Assembly (NCBI GenBank): GCA_016235085.1
Contig: JACRMA010000043.1
Location: 7,327 to 71,326, forward strand
Source of the DNA: Candidatus Zixiibacteriota bacterium
GTDB lineage: Bacteria; Zixibacteria; MSB-5A5; WJJR01
Direction: 5' to 3'
Length of the DNA: 64,000 nucleotides
Shown here: piece by piece, positions 34,278 through 46,242 of the stretch
How positions within the stretch are numbered: position 1 is the stretch's first letter
Layout: every line of letters begins with the position of its first letter
The notes under the pieces: generated by a model
What the model was told of the DNA's origin: nothing
The model's database searches: none
The model's input: only the letters and a program-made list of their open reading frames with translations
Program-made: the position numbers and the translations under genes

Positions 34278-35840
34278 CTAAGCCCCCATTATCTTTGCGC
34301 GGTATTCTTCCAGTCCGGGGATCGGGAGGATTACCCGGCCACCGGAATTGCCGCCGATACGGCACTCGACTTCGCACGCCAGACATTCGATGCACTTACC
34401 GGCTTTGGCGTCCTCTCGTGAGATGTTCAGGACAACAACGCCATCCTGATTCTTGAGGATTTGCGGCACACAGGTCTGAACGCAGCTCTTGGTCTGGCAC
34501 TCGCGGCACAGTGCGTGATCGAGCACGACTTTCCCGGTTGGTGTTTCAAACGAGTATGGATCTTTGGCGGTAAAGTCCGGAGTGACCGGCAGGGCCATCT
34601 GGCGCGGGGCGGCTTTGTCCGGTTGCGCCTCGAGCAGTTTCTGCATGCGCTGGGCGCAGAAATCAGCTGTGTCGTCCTTCTTGTAACCTTCCACCGGAGC
34701 CGGGAGATTCTTCGTGTATTCGGTGAGAATCTGGATCGCCTTGTCCTCACCATTGCCGCCAAGCCGGATCACGGCGGGAATCGAGAGATTCTCCTCCCAA
34801 AACGCCTTGACCAGGCCGCGTGCCGAATGGAACTGCTCCTGCGACGCAACACCCGAACCGGAACCGAAGTAGCCATCGATGTTGGGCTGGGAGAGAATAA
34901 TCTTGGCGGCACGATAGACCTTGGATGCCGGCGGATTTCCGGAGGTGTCGGTGAAATTGGCGATCGTGTACCCGCGTTTCACCAGTGCATCCATCGACAT
35001 CATCGAGCCGCCTCCGCCCGCACCATGGAAGCCGATGAATCCTTCGCCCTTCTTGTAGCCGCGCGCCATTTCAATGAAGTAGAAGGTGCCCCGGTAATCG
35101 TCCTTCTCGACAGACCAGGCGATCTTGTCCAGGGCGGTTGGCGGCCGGCCGAATTCACGGGCGATTTCGATTTTGAGCTCAGGATGGCGGAAGACCGCGC
35201 TGTCATCGACAGTGATCCGGCAGTCGCAGGCGACGAGCTTGCCATCGCCACGGAGCACAAGCGGATTGATCTCCGCCGAGCGGGCTTCCCATTGGCGGGC
35301 AACGCGATAGAGTGTCAGCAATGCCTTCGTCAACTCGTTTTGCAACGAGCCGGTCACACCGGTCTTGCGCACCGCCTCGCGCGCTTCGTACTCGCGCAGG
35401 CCGAAGCGCACATCAACCGGAGTCTTGGAAACATTCTTCGGGTATTTGCGCGCCAACTCCTCTATTCCGGAGCCACCGATGGAAGAGAAGATCACGACGG
35501 GGGTCTTGTTGGCATCATCGACGACGATGCCGGCGTAGAATTCACGGTTGATGTCGACCTTTTCTTCGATCAGGACTTCGGTGACATCGAAGCCGCCGAT
35601 CTTCAACGAAAGCATTCGTGCCGCCGCGGCGGTGACGTCACCAGCGTTGTCGGCGATGGCAATGGCGCCCTGAGCCGCTCGGGATGTGGTCCAGGCCTGC
35701 GCTTTGACCACGGCGGGAAGTCCACTGATTGCCAGGGCCGCCGGGACCTCACCTTGCGAGCGGACGACCTGCCCTTTGGGGACAGCAAATCCTGCTTCCC
35801 TTAGGAGCTGTTTGCCGTGATATTCGTGTAGACGCGCCAT
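34278..35840 (-). CDS. ccsA: Succinyl-CoA synthetase beta-like ATP-grasp subunit (candidate citryl-CoA synthetase large subunit) with a C-terminal 2x[4Fe-4S] ferredoxin domain.
   Basis: N-terminus MARLHEYHGKQLLREAGFAVPKG (SucC-like ATP-grasp). The C-terminal ~100 aa carry CRECQTKSCVQTC...CIECLACEVEC, two CxxCxxCxxxC clusters. Start at ATG 35840 with AAGGTGA upstream. Confidence 0.75.
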   Translation of the reverse strand: MARLHEYHGKQLLREAGFAVPKGQVVRSQGEVPAALAISGLPAVVKAQAWTTSRAAQGAIAIADNAGDVTAAAARMLSLKIGGFDVTEVLIEEKVDINREFYAGIVVDDANKTPVVIFSSIGGSGIEELARKYPKNVSKTPVDVRFGLREYEAREAVRKTGVTGSLQNELTKALLTLYRVARQWEARSAEINPLVLRGDGKLVACDCRITVDDSAVFRHPELKIEIAREFGRPPTALDKIAWSVEKDDYRGTFYFIEMARGYKKGEGFIGFHGAGGGGSMMSMDALVKRGYTIANFTDTSGNPPASKVYRAAKIILSQPNIDGYFGSGSGVASQEQFHSARGLVKAFWEENLSIPAVIRLGGNGEDKAIQILTEYTKNLPAPVEGYKKDDTADFCAQRMQKLLEAQPDKAAPRQMALPVTPDFTAKDPYSFETPTGKVVLDHALCRECQTKSCVQTCVPQILKNQDGVVVLNISREDAKAGKCIECLACEVECRIGGNSGGRVILPIPGLEEYRAKIMGA

Positions 35841-36099
35841 AATCACCTTCGACCGGTTGGTTGCCCGGCCGGGCGAGCCAATATCACAGTGGCACAGTGC
35901 GTTGTCAACCATGGTCCGACCGACCCGTTGTAATCGAACCACATTCTGACATCGAAGGTCAACGAGTCTGTGACTGTAGCGCACCGGCCGTGTGTGATTG
36001 ACCTACATTTTGTCCGAACCCAGCCGATTTCACTTGTCCAAGCCGGCAAACTCCGGCAATACTTGCGCCCGACTCAACCGATAGGAAGGAGAACCTACA

Positions 36100-37218
36100 A
36101 TGGCCAAGTATAAGATTGCGTGGATGCCTGGAGACGGGATCGGCAAGGATGTTCTGGATGCGGCACGGGTTGTGCTCGATTCGCTCAAACTTGACGCGGA
36201 CTACATTAACGCGGATATCGGCTGGGAGTTCTGGTGCGAGGAGGGCAATCCGCTCCCCGAGCGTACGCTGAAGATTCTGCGGGAAACCAGGTGTGCCCTC
36301 TTTGGCGCGATTACATCGAAACCCAAGGAGGAGGCCGAGGCCGAACTGGCAGCGTCGCTCAAAGGAAAAGGATTGAAATACTCCTCCCCGATTGTGGGTT
36401 TGCGGCAGGCGTTCAACCTGCACACGAATCTTCGTCCCTGCAAGGCGTACCCCGGCAATCCGCTCAACTATCGCGACGACATCGACCTGGTTGTCTTCCG
36501 GGAGAACACCGAGGATTTGTACGCCGGCGTGGAATTTCATCCGGTGGCCGACGATCTGCGCGCCAAGCTGATCGAGCACAACAAAAGCATGAAGAAGTTC
36601 GACAAGGTCAAGGCCGAAGACCTTGCGATCTCTTGCCGGATCATCACCAGACCGGCGAGCCGCACGATTGTGACCTCGGCATTTGAGTACGCCAAGAAGT
36701 ACAGGTATCCGTCAGTGACACTGGTGGAGAAGCCCAACGTACTGCGCGAGACCTCGGGCCTGATCACCCGTACCGCCCGGGAAGTGGCGAAGGGGTACCC
36801 CGGCATCCAATTCTATGAAGCCAACATTGACGCGATGTGCATGTGGTTGATCAAGAACCCCAAAGATTACGGTGTGATGGTAACCTCGAACATGTTCGGC
36901 GACATCATTTCCGATCTGTGCGCACAGTTGGTGGGGGGGCTTGGGTTTGCGTCATCGGGGAATATCGGCGACAACTACGCTGTGTTCGAACCGACCCACG
37001 GTTCGGCGCCGAAGTACGCCGGCATGTACAAGGTCAATCCGATGGCCACGATTCTCACGGTCAAGTTGATGCTCGATTGGCTCGGCGAGACAGTCATGTC
37101 ATCACGTTTGGAGAAGGCAATTGCCAAGGTCATCAAGGACGGCAAGGTCCGGACGTACGACATGGGCGGCAGCAACACGACGCTCGAGGTGGCCGAGGCG
37201 GTGGCGAAGGCGCTGTAG
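36100..37218 (+). CDS. Isocitrate/isopropylmalate dehydrogenase family (beta-decarboxylating dehydrogenase).
   Basis: MAKYKIAWMPGDGIGKDVL N-terminal motif and family-wide similarity. AAGGAG SD upstream. Subfamily (ICDH, LeuB or homoisocitrate DH) not resolved. Confidence 0.8.
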   Translation: MAKYKIAWMPGDGIGKDVLDAARVVLDSLKLDADYINADIGWEFWCEEGNPLPERTLKILRETRCALFGAITSKPKEEAEAELAASLKGKGLKYSSPIVGLRQAFNLHTNLRPCKAYPGNPLNYRDDIDLVVFRENTEDLYAGVEFHPVADDLRAKLIEHNKSMKKFDKVKAEDLAISCRIITRPASRTIVTSAFEYAKKYRYPSVTLVEKPNVLRETSGLITRTAREVAKGYPGIQFYEANIDAMCMWLIKNPKDYGVMVTSNMFGDIISDLCAQLVGGLGFASSGNIGDNYAVFEPTHGSAPKYAGMYKVNPMATILTVKLMLDWLGETVMSSRLEKAIAKVIKDGKVRTYDMGGSNTTLEVAEAVAKAL

Positions 37219-37260
37219 GTAGACCTGATACTCAAGCCCCTTCGGGGCTGATATTGAGTA

Positions 37261-37851
37261 TTAAAGTGAATCGGTGAGTTTCTTGGTGTCGGTGACTGTG
37301 CCGGTGACTTGGCGGCGCAGTTTGATATGAGTGAGTTCCGGGTCCGATTCGAAGCCGTAGCCGGCCATGACATCTTTGTCGCGGGTGATGACGACATAAC
37401 CGTCGGTGTGGATCACCCGGTTTGAATCGTTCCAGGCCAAATGATCAGACTTGAGTTTCGTGCCCTTGTCGGTGGTGATCCCGACATTCCCGAAGACTTC
37501 CAGGCCGCGGCGGCGTTCACGGAGAAGCGCAGAGTCGGCGCGCAACACCGATGAATGTTTCCCCTCGGCATCAAAGAAGTCCACCAGCAGGCCATGTGAC
37601 CACGCGGAATCGCGATCGGCATAGCTGACGATGCGCTCGCTCTTGATCTTGGTCGTTACGACGGCGCCGGTTAGAAAGACAGTCGTTGCGTTGGTGGCTT
37701 CAGAGGAAGGGAATGACTGTGGCGGCGGTTTGACCGTTGTCTCCTGCGTGCCGCAGGAGGAGATGACGAAAAGGAGAAAGAGTAACGTCAGGCGCGAGGG
37801 AGGGCGATCCGCCGCGGCGGACTGCCGAGCCCCTTTTGCGCGTGGATGCAT
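37261..37851 (-). CDS. lptC: LptC-like LPS export protein (lipoprotein-type signal ...LLFVISSCG).
   Basis: ~190-aa LptC/DUF1239-like beta-rich sequence following kdsD–kdsC, the canonical gene order. The only in-frame ATG (37851) lies inside a palindromic repeat element. Confidence 0.55.
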   Translation of the reverse strand: MHPRAKGARQSAAADRPPSRLTLLFLLFVISSCGTQETTVKPPPQSFPSSEATNATTVFLTGAVVTTKIKSERIVSYADRDSAWSHGLLVDFFDAEGKHSSVLRADSALLRERRRGLEVFGNVGITTDKGTKLKSDHLAWNDSNRVIHTDGYVVITRDKDVMAGYGFESDPELTHIKLRRQVTGTVTDTKKLTDSL

Positions 37852-37880
37852 GGCTCGGCGGGAGCCTCGCCCTCCCTCAT
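37795..37880. repeat. Family A palindromic element, copy 2 (with an inserted GATCCGCCGCGGCGGA sub-palindrome); overlaps the predicted lptC start.
   Basis: Shares both arms with the copies at 32366 and 43031. Confidence 0.8.
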
Positions 37881-37951
37881 TGGCCAAGTACATGTTCCTT
37901 CGGTCACACCATCTCATCATATTTATGGAGGATCGGCCTCACATCTTACTG

Positions 37952-38995
37952 CTACACCGCACCGGAGGTGAGGATGTCGTGCAGGTGGATAATCCCCTGA
38001 GGGCGTCCGTCGTCGGCCACGACAAAGAGGGTTGTAATCTTGAAGTCTTCCATGCGGCCCAAGGCAACGACTGCGAGTTCGGACTTACTGATCGTTTTGG
38101 GGTTTTTCGTCATCACATCGGCTGCGCTGAGGGCAAATAAGTCGCCCTGACGTTCGACGTGGCGGCGCAGGTCGCCATCAGTGAAAATTCCGAGCAACCG
38201 GCCCTCGGAATCCAGCACTCCGGTCGCGCCCAGACGTTTGCGGGTCATTTCGACCAGAACGTCCTTGAACGGCGCATCGATGCCCACCAGCGGGATTTGC
38301 TCGCCGCCATGCATGAGGTCCGCCACGGTCAAGAGCAGACGCCGTCCCAACGCGCCCTTGGGGTGGAGACGGGCGAATTGCTCGACGGTCAGGCCACGTT
38401 CGGAAAGCAATGTCACGGCCAGCGCATCGCCGAGGGCCAGTGTGGCGGTGGTTGAACAGGTCGGCACCAGGTCGTGAGGTTCGGCTTCGCCGTCGACGGC
38501 CGCATCGAGAACCACATCAGCCCGTTTCGCCAGTTCGCAGTCGAGTCTGCCGGTAATGAGAATGATGGGAGTGCCGAGCCGTTTGAATGCCGGCAGCAGG
38601 TCACCGATTTCATCCGAGGCGCCTGACTTCGAGATGGCCAGTACGACGTCTCCGGCACCGACGACGCCAAGATCCCCGTGGCCGGCTTCTGCCGGATGGA
38701 GAAAGAAGGCGGGAGTTCCGGTCGAGGACAACGTCGCGGCAATCTTTTGGCCGATCAAACCGGACTTGCCCATTCCGGTTACGATTACACGGCCTTTGGC
38801 TTTCAGGAGGAGTTCTACGGCGGCGTCGAAATGGTGATCGAGCCGGGCCGCGAGTGCGCCAACCGCATTCGCCTCGCGAATGATCACATCACGGCCGATC
38901 CGGCACCGTCGGGAGGTGTCTCCCAGCGGTGAATGGAGCAATGCGTCGGTCTCCTGCGCCGGGTCAGACCCGATTGGATTCCACTGGGTGGTCAT
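37952..38995 (-). CDS. kdsD: Arabinose-5-phosphate isomerase (SIS plus tandem CBS domains).
   Basis: VIVTGMGKSGLIGQKIAATLSSTGTP SIS motif and C-terminal CBS pair. Operon context with kdsC and kdsA. Confidence 0.85.
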   Translation of the reverse strand: MTTQWNPIGSDPAQETDALLHSPLGDTSRRCRIGRDVIIREANAVGALAARLDHHFDAAVELLLKAKGRVIVTGMGKSGLIGQKIAATLSSTGTPAFFLHPAEAGHGDLGVVGAGDVVLAISKSGASDEIGDLLPAFKRLGTPIILITGRLDCELAKRADVVLDAAVDGEAEPHDLVPTCSTTATLALGDALAVTLLSERGLTVEQFARLHPKGALGRRLLLTVADLMHGGEQIPLVGIDAPFKDVLVEMTRKRLGATGVLDSEGRLLGIFTDGDLRRHVERQGDLFALSAADVMTKNPKTISKSELAVVALGRMEDFKITTLFVVADDGRPQGIIHLHDILTSGAV

Positions 38996-39528
38996 TCGTT
39001 TCCTTCTGTGGGCGGAGGCCAGACATAACCACGCGCCGCGAGCACGGCGTCGATGGCCTCGCGCACGATCCCGCGTCCGCCGGGCGATTGCCCAACCCAG
39101 GCCGCGATCTTTTTCATTGCGGGATTGGCATCGCAGGGGGCCACACTGATCCCCGCCAATTCCAGGATGGGCCGATCCTGCACGTCATCGCCGATGACAA
39201 GGCATTCGGCATCGGTGACCTGGTGCTTCGCTTTCAATTCTTGGTAGGCGATCTTCTTGTCAAAGGCGCCTTGAAATACATCATCAATGCGCAGGAACTC
39301 AGCACGGGTGCGCGTCGTGCGATCCTGGTTCCCCGTGATGATGGCGAATTTGATTCCCGCCAGGTGACCCATAAAGATGCCCACGCCATCGGGCACCCAG
39401 AATCGCTTTATCTTCTCGCCGTCCTCTCCGACGAACACGAAATTGTCGGTCAGCACCCCGTCGAAATCGAAGATCATCAGGCGAATCTTCGCCAGCCGGG
39501 CTTTGCTGGGCTTCCGGTTGTTAGTCAT
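38992..39528 (-). CDS. kdsC: Kdo-8-phosphate phosphatase (HAD superfamily).
   Basis: IRLMIFDFDGVLTDN HAD motif I and a KdsC-like sequence. Start ATG 39528 overlaps the kdsA stop. Confidence 0.8.
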   Translation of the reverse strand: MTNNRKPSKARLAKIRLMIFDFDGVLTDNFVFVGEDGEKIKRFWVPDGVGIFMGHLAGIKFAIITGNQDRTTRTRAEFLRIDDVFQGAFDKKIAYQELKAKHQVTDAECLVIGDDVQDRPILELAGISVAPCDANPAMKKIAAWVGQSPGGRGIVREAIDAVLAARGYVWPPPTEGNE

Positions 39529-40357
39529 GGCGCCCTGCAATCGTGGGGTGCGGCGTACCGGCGATCCGGTCTGCGGCATCGAACAGCCATTGAGTGTCTT
39601 TATCGGAGAGCGCCCGTTCCGGATCGGGATGAACCTCACAGAAGACGGCATCGACACCGACGGCGAGAGCCGCCCGCATCAGCGGCAGTAGAAACTCCCG
39701 TTTCCCGCCGGACCGTCCCCCGGCGGAGCCAGGGGTCTGGACAGAGTGGGAGGCATCGTAGCAGACGGGGAAACCCGCCTGCCGCATGATCGGCAGCGAG
39801 CGGAAGTCCACCACGAGGTCGCCATATCCAAACGTGGTGCCTCGTTCGGTCAGGATCACCTTGCTGTTGCCGGCACCGATGGCTTTGTCCGCGATGTGCG
39901 CCATATCGGAAGCCGAGACGAATTGGCCCTTCTTGATATTGATGGGCTTCCCGGTGGACGCGGCCGCGACCACCAGATCGGTCTGGCGGCAAAGGAACGC
40001 GGGAATCTGCAAAAGGTCCACAACGCCGGCGGCGGTGCGGGCTTCCTCGGGAGAATGCACATCGGTGGTAAGAGCAAGACCCGACTCGGCGCGGACTTTT
40101 TCAAGGACCCTCAGGCCCTCATAGAGCCCCAGACCAGTGAACGAATCCGAACGCAGGCGGTTGGCCTTGGTGTAGGATGCCTTGAAGACGATGGACTTGC
40201 CCGTCATCATTCCCAACTGCGCGAGGTGTCGGGCAATATCCAAGGCCATCTGCTCACTTTCCAAGACACATGGGCCGAGTATCCAAAGAAGTGGACCGCC
40301 CCCAATGGAGGCTGGGCCGATGTGGAAGTGCCGCGCGGAGGTATTGGGCATATTCAT
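39521..40357 (-). CDS. kdsA: 3-deoxy-8-phosphooctulonate (Kdo-8-P) synthase.
   Basis: Family-wide similarity (LLWILGPCVLESEQ..., DVHSPE..., CYDASHSVQ). Confidence 0.9.
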   Translation of the reverse strand: MNMPNTSARHFHIGPASIGGGPLLWILGPCVLESEQMALDIARHLAQLGMMTGKSIVFKASYTKANRLRSDSFTGLGLYEGLRVLEKVRAESGLALTTDVHSPEEARTAAGVVDLLQIPAFLCRQTDLVVAAASTGKPINIKKGQFVSASDMAHIADKAIGAGNSKVILTERGTTFGYGDLVVDFRSLPIMRQAGFPVCYDASHSVQTPGSAGGRSGGKREFLLPLMRAALAVGVDAVFCEVHPDPERALSDKDTQWLFDAADRIAGTPHPTIAGRHD

Positions 40358-40521
40358 GATTGAGCCTTGTACCGATCAGACTGAAGATCGGTGGGCGGAA
40401 TATACGAAATCGCCTGGTGTAGAAGTAGCGGCAAGGCAAACTGAAAACTGCCTGGCAACGCCTTGCCCATCAGAGAACAAGGGGCGGGCATCAGGCCCAC
40501 CCCTTCGTAAGATCAAGATGA

Positions 40522-42946
<2,425 letters not shown>

Positions 42947-43030
42947 TAGTGGATGCCATTTCGCTGAGGAGTGCCGTCACCTTTCGCGGCTCTCCCGGGA
43001 GGAGAGATGAGAAACGAGACCAGAAATCGG

Positions 43031-43102
43031 GGAGGGCGAGGCTCCCGCCGAGCCTCTTTGTTTCCGCGCGGAAACCTGGCTCGGCAGGAGCCTCGCCCTC
43101 CC
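43031..43102. repeat. Family A palindromic element, copy 3 (between kdsB and gatC).
   Basis: GGAGGGCGAGGCTCCCGCCGAGCCTCTTTGTTTCCGCGCGGAAACCTGGCTCGGCAGGAGCCTCGCCCTCCC. Confidence 0.8.
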
Positions 43103-43191
43103 ATCTCCGAATATCTGCGGTCTCAAGCAAGACCTCTGGAACACTTGTAGTTCTGGAGGAGGAATATGATCTTCCTCTCGGAGCGATTTTG

Positions 43192-43485
43192 TCACCCGAT
43201 AACTTTCGGCACACGGAAGAACCCGTCCTTGGAATCCGGTGCCTGTGATAAGGCGGTCTTCTGATCAAACGATGGTACCACGACATCGTCCCGCAACGCT
43301 TGCGCGTTCTTGATTAGCGGGAGGACGGGCTCCGAAGGTTCATCCCCCGTGATCGCTTCGGACAATTGCGCCATGTACTCGGTGATGCGCCCCAGTTCTC
43401 GGCAGAATCGTTCGATTTCCGCCTCGGTCAGTTCCAATTGGGCAAGCTTGGCGGTGTGGGCGACGTCTTCGGGGGAGATCGGCAT
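43192..43485 (-). CDS. gatC: Glu/Asp-tRNA amidotransferase subunit C.
   Basis: MPISPEDVAHTAKLAQLELTEAEIERF... is a typical GatC. The ORF track extends 5' to 43557. Confidence 0.75.
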   Translation of the reverse strand: MPISPEDVAHTAKLAQLELTEAEIERFCRELGRITEYMAQLSEAITGDEPSEPVLPLIKNAQALRDDVVVPSFDQKTALSQAPDSKDGFFRVPKVIG

Positions 43486-43636
43486 GGACGCTCCTGGTAT
43501 TGTCACCAAACAGGTCAGCGACAATTCGATGATAACTCCGGGGATCGGGAGCGTCAATCACGATCAGTCGGAACTTGTTCTGAGCGGAAGCGTCACATTG
43601 ATTGTGCGCGATGATCTTCAGACCGATGGAGGCGAA

Positions 43637-44815
43637 ATGAAGATTCCCATACACGACATTCAACAGATGCTCGCGAAATCCAATCTCGACGGCTGGCTTT
43701 TGTACGACTTCCACGGTTCCAATCAGATTGCTCACAATATTGTCGGCGTCAAGGGCATGGTGACGCGGCGGTGGGCGTATTGGGTGCCGCGCACCGGACC
43801 GGGGCAGATTATCCGGCATGCGATTGAAAGCAGCCCCTTTGCGCATCTGGGCGGCAACCAGCGGACGTACAGTTCGTGGAAGGCATTGGATGCGGCGGTG
43901 CGCGAAACGTTGGGCAGCGCCAGGCGGATCGCGATGGAATATTCGCCCAATAACGCCATCCCCTATATCGCCTGCGTCGACGCCGGGACAATTGAGAAGC
44001 TTCGGGGCTGGGGGTTGGAGATTGTCTCCTCTGCCGATTTGGTGGCCCACTTCCTCGCACGCTGGACACCGGAACAGACCGCTGGACACCACCGCGCTGC
44101 GGCGGAACTGATTGACATCAAAGACCGGGCGTACGCGATGATCGCCGCCCGTGTCCGAAGCGGCGTCGAGCTGACCGAATACGAAGTCACCGAATTCATC
44201 AGGAACGAATTTGGCAATCGCGGTATGGTCACCGACGACGGTCCGATTTGTGCGGTCGATGCGAATGCGGGGAATCCGCATTACGAACCATCGGCCACAC
44301 ACTCGGCCCACATCGAGCGGAACCAACTGGTCCTGCTCGACATCTGGGCGAGACTGGACACCCCTGACTCCGTCTTCGCCGATATCACCTGGACCGCCTA
44401 CACGGGAGGCGACATTCCCACTAACGTCACCGATGTTTTCGAGATTGTCCGGCGGGCGCGGGATCGAGCAGTCGAGTTTGCGAATGAGAAGCTGGCCGCG
44501 GGGGCGCCGCTCTACGGATACGAAATCGACGACGCTTGCCGCGACGTGATCGCTAAGGCCGGGTACGGGGAATTCTTCATTCACCGTACGGGGCATTCGA
44601 TTGGAGGGACAGTTCATGGCATCGGCCCCAACATCGATAATCTGGAGACGCAAGATCAACGGCGGCTGGAAGACGGGATGTGTTTCTCCGTCGAGCCGGG
44701 AATTTATCTCCCGGAGTTTGGGATCCGCTCCGAGATCGACGTGCTTATCGAAAACGGACGGGCGGTGGTGACCACATTGCCGCTGCAAACGGAAGTCGGG
44801 CGGTTGGCGGTTTGA
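43637..44815 (+). CDS. M24-family metallopeptidase (Xaa-Pro aminopeptidase/prolidase-like).
   Basis: C-terminal pita-bread fold motifs (HRTGHSIGGTVHG, SVEPGIY). Start ATG 43637 with a GGAGG SD. The ORF track starts earlier in an antisense overlap with gatC. Confidence 0.65.
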   Translation: MKIPIHDIQQMLAKSNLDGWLLYDFHGSNQIAHNIVGVKGMVTRRWAYWVPRTGPGQIIRHAIESSPFAHLGGNQRTYSSWKALDAAVRETLGSARRIAMEYSPNNAIPYIACVDAGTIEKLRGWGLEIVSSADLVAHFLARWTPEQTAGHHRAAAELIDIKDRAYAMIAARVRSGVELTEYEVTEFIRNEFGNRGMVTDDGPICAVDANAGNPHYEPSATHSAHIERNQLVLLDIWARLDTPDSVFADITWTAYTGGDIPTNVTDVFEIVRRARDRAVEFANEKLAAGAPLYGYEIDDACRDVIAKAGYGEFFIHRTGHSIGGTVHGIGPNIDNLETQDQRRLEDGMCFSVEPGIYLPEFGIRSEIDVLIENGRAVVTTLPLQTEVGRLAV

Positions 44816-44825
44816 GCGTCAGATT

Positions 44826-45767
44826 ATGGGAAGAACGGGAAGTATGGGAAGCATGAAATCGCGCGGCGCGAGGAAGACACTCGCGCCAGCGCGGCGTCGG
44901 ATGTTGGTCGAGCGGATGGCGGGTGTGCCATTCCCGAATCTGCTGGGGATGAAGCTGGTCAAGCTGGTGCCGGGGGAGGCCAGGATCAGCATGGCCGGAG
45001 TGCCGAAGCTGCACCAGTACCAGAAGATCGTGCACGGCGGGGCGATCTCGTCACTGGCCGACACTGCCGCGACCTTCGCCGCACTGGCGAGCGTTCCTGA
45101 CGGGTTCGATGTCATCACGATTGAATTCAAACTCAACTTTCTAGCGCCGTTTGCGAGCGGCAAAGCGATTGCCACTGGACGGATTGTACATCTGGGACGG
45201 CGAACCTGTGTGTCCGAGGTCAGTATCAAGAAACCCGGCTCCGGCGAGACAATCGCGGTTTGTTTGTTTACGATGTTGTGCTTTCAAGTGGTTCCCTTCA
45301 TCAGCGGCAGCCAGAAGCATGGACGGCAGCATGACATCACATTGTATATCGAAGGGGATGGGCAGATCGCGGTGATTGCGAAGCCGTTCTACCCGCCCAG
45401 CCTGTATCGTGCCCCGTCGGGCGGGCTGGAACCCGGTGAAATACTGGAGACGGGTGCGGCAAGAGAGGCACACGAGGAGACAGGGCTCGATGTCAAACTC
45501 GCCAGTTATCTGCTTGTGGCAACGGTAGTCTTTACGTGTCCGGACAAACCTGCAATCGAGTGGCACACGCATGTGTTCTCGGCGACGACCTTTGATCGTA
45601 CACTTGCTCCCACCGATCACCACGAAATTCGCGAAGCCCGCTGGGCCGATCCGTCTGAATTCGCCACCTTCGGTGCCATCATGCGCGAATCGCAACGCGG
45701 CGGGCTGTTGTATCGTGCCGCGCTGCACGATCAAGTTGCGAAGATCCATCCGTTGTTCCAGCATTGA
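44826..45767 (+). CDS. Fusion protein: PaaI/4HBT hotdog thioesterase domain plus NUDIX hydrolase domain.
   Basis: N-terminal half carries IVHGGAISSLADTAA (hotdog/PaaI motif). C-terminal half carries the Nudix box GGLEPGEILETGAAREAHEETGL. Confidence 0.55.
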   Translation: MGRTGSMGSMKSRGARKTLAPARRRMLVERMAGVPFPNLLGMKLVKLVPGEARISMAGVPKLHQYQKIVHGGAISSLADTAATFAALASVPDGFDVITIEFKLNFLAPFASGKAIATGRIVHLGRRTCVSEVSIKKPGSGETIAVCLFTMLCFQVVPFISGSQKHGRQHDITLYIEGDGQIAVIAKPFYPPSLYRAPSGGLEPGEILETGAAREAHEETGLDVKLASYLLVATVVFTCPDKPAIEWHTHVFSATTFDRTLAPTDHHEIREARWADPSEFATFGAIMRESQRGGLLYRAALHDQVAKIHPLFQH

Positions 45768-45902
45768 TCCGGTCTTTGCAACCATTCCACGTAAGACCGG
45801 AAACTCGGTTGTGGCCGCGGCCCTGGTTTCCCGCTTTCACGGGAATGACGTGGGCATTGCGCCGGGTACCAAACGCATTCGCGATCGAGTTATATGCCCC
45901 GT

Positions 45903-45938
45903 GAGGGAGGGCGATCCGCCGCGGCGGATCGCCCTCCC
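45903..45938. repeat. Family A palindromic element, short copy 4 (GAGGGAGGGCGATCCGCCGCGGCGGATCGCCCTCCC).
   Basis: Perfect 17-bp arms shared with the insertion in copy 2. Confidence 0.75.
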
Positions 45939-46242
45939 ACTCGCGCTCTCTCCCGATTCAATCAGAGATCCAGATCAGGCCGCTTCACCTTCCAACTCTT
46001 TTTGGCACGATTGCCACAGTCTGTGGGTTTCATCCTACAACAGTCTGCCTCGCTCTTTGGGAATGCAGGGATGATCAGACGCTTTCTGGTTTCGCGAGCC
46101 CTCCATAATTCATTCCCGTTCAACGTATTACATCTCAACCGATAACCTCGCCAACAGAGAATTCATACCCGGCACCGTGCTTGCAATAGGGGACATCGAG
46201 CCGATGTGTGTCGGCTCTATTGCAGGCGAAAGGACGAGCCTA

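Noticed and set aside
45141-45785. 214-aa minus-strand ORF
   Set aside because: Antisense to the thioesterase–NUDIX gene, whose motifs (HGG, Nudix box) support the plus frame.
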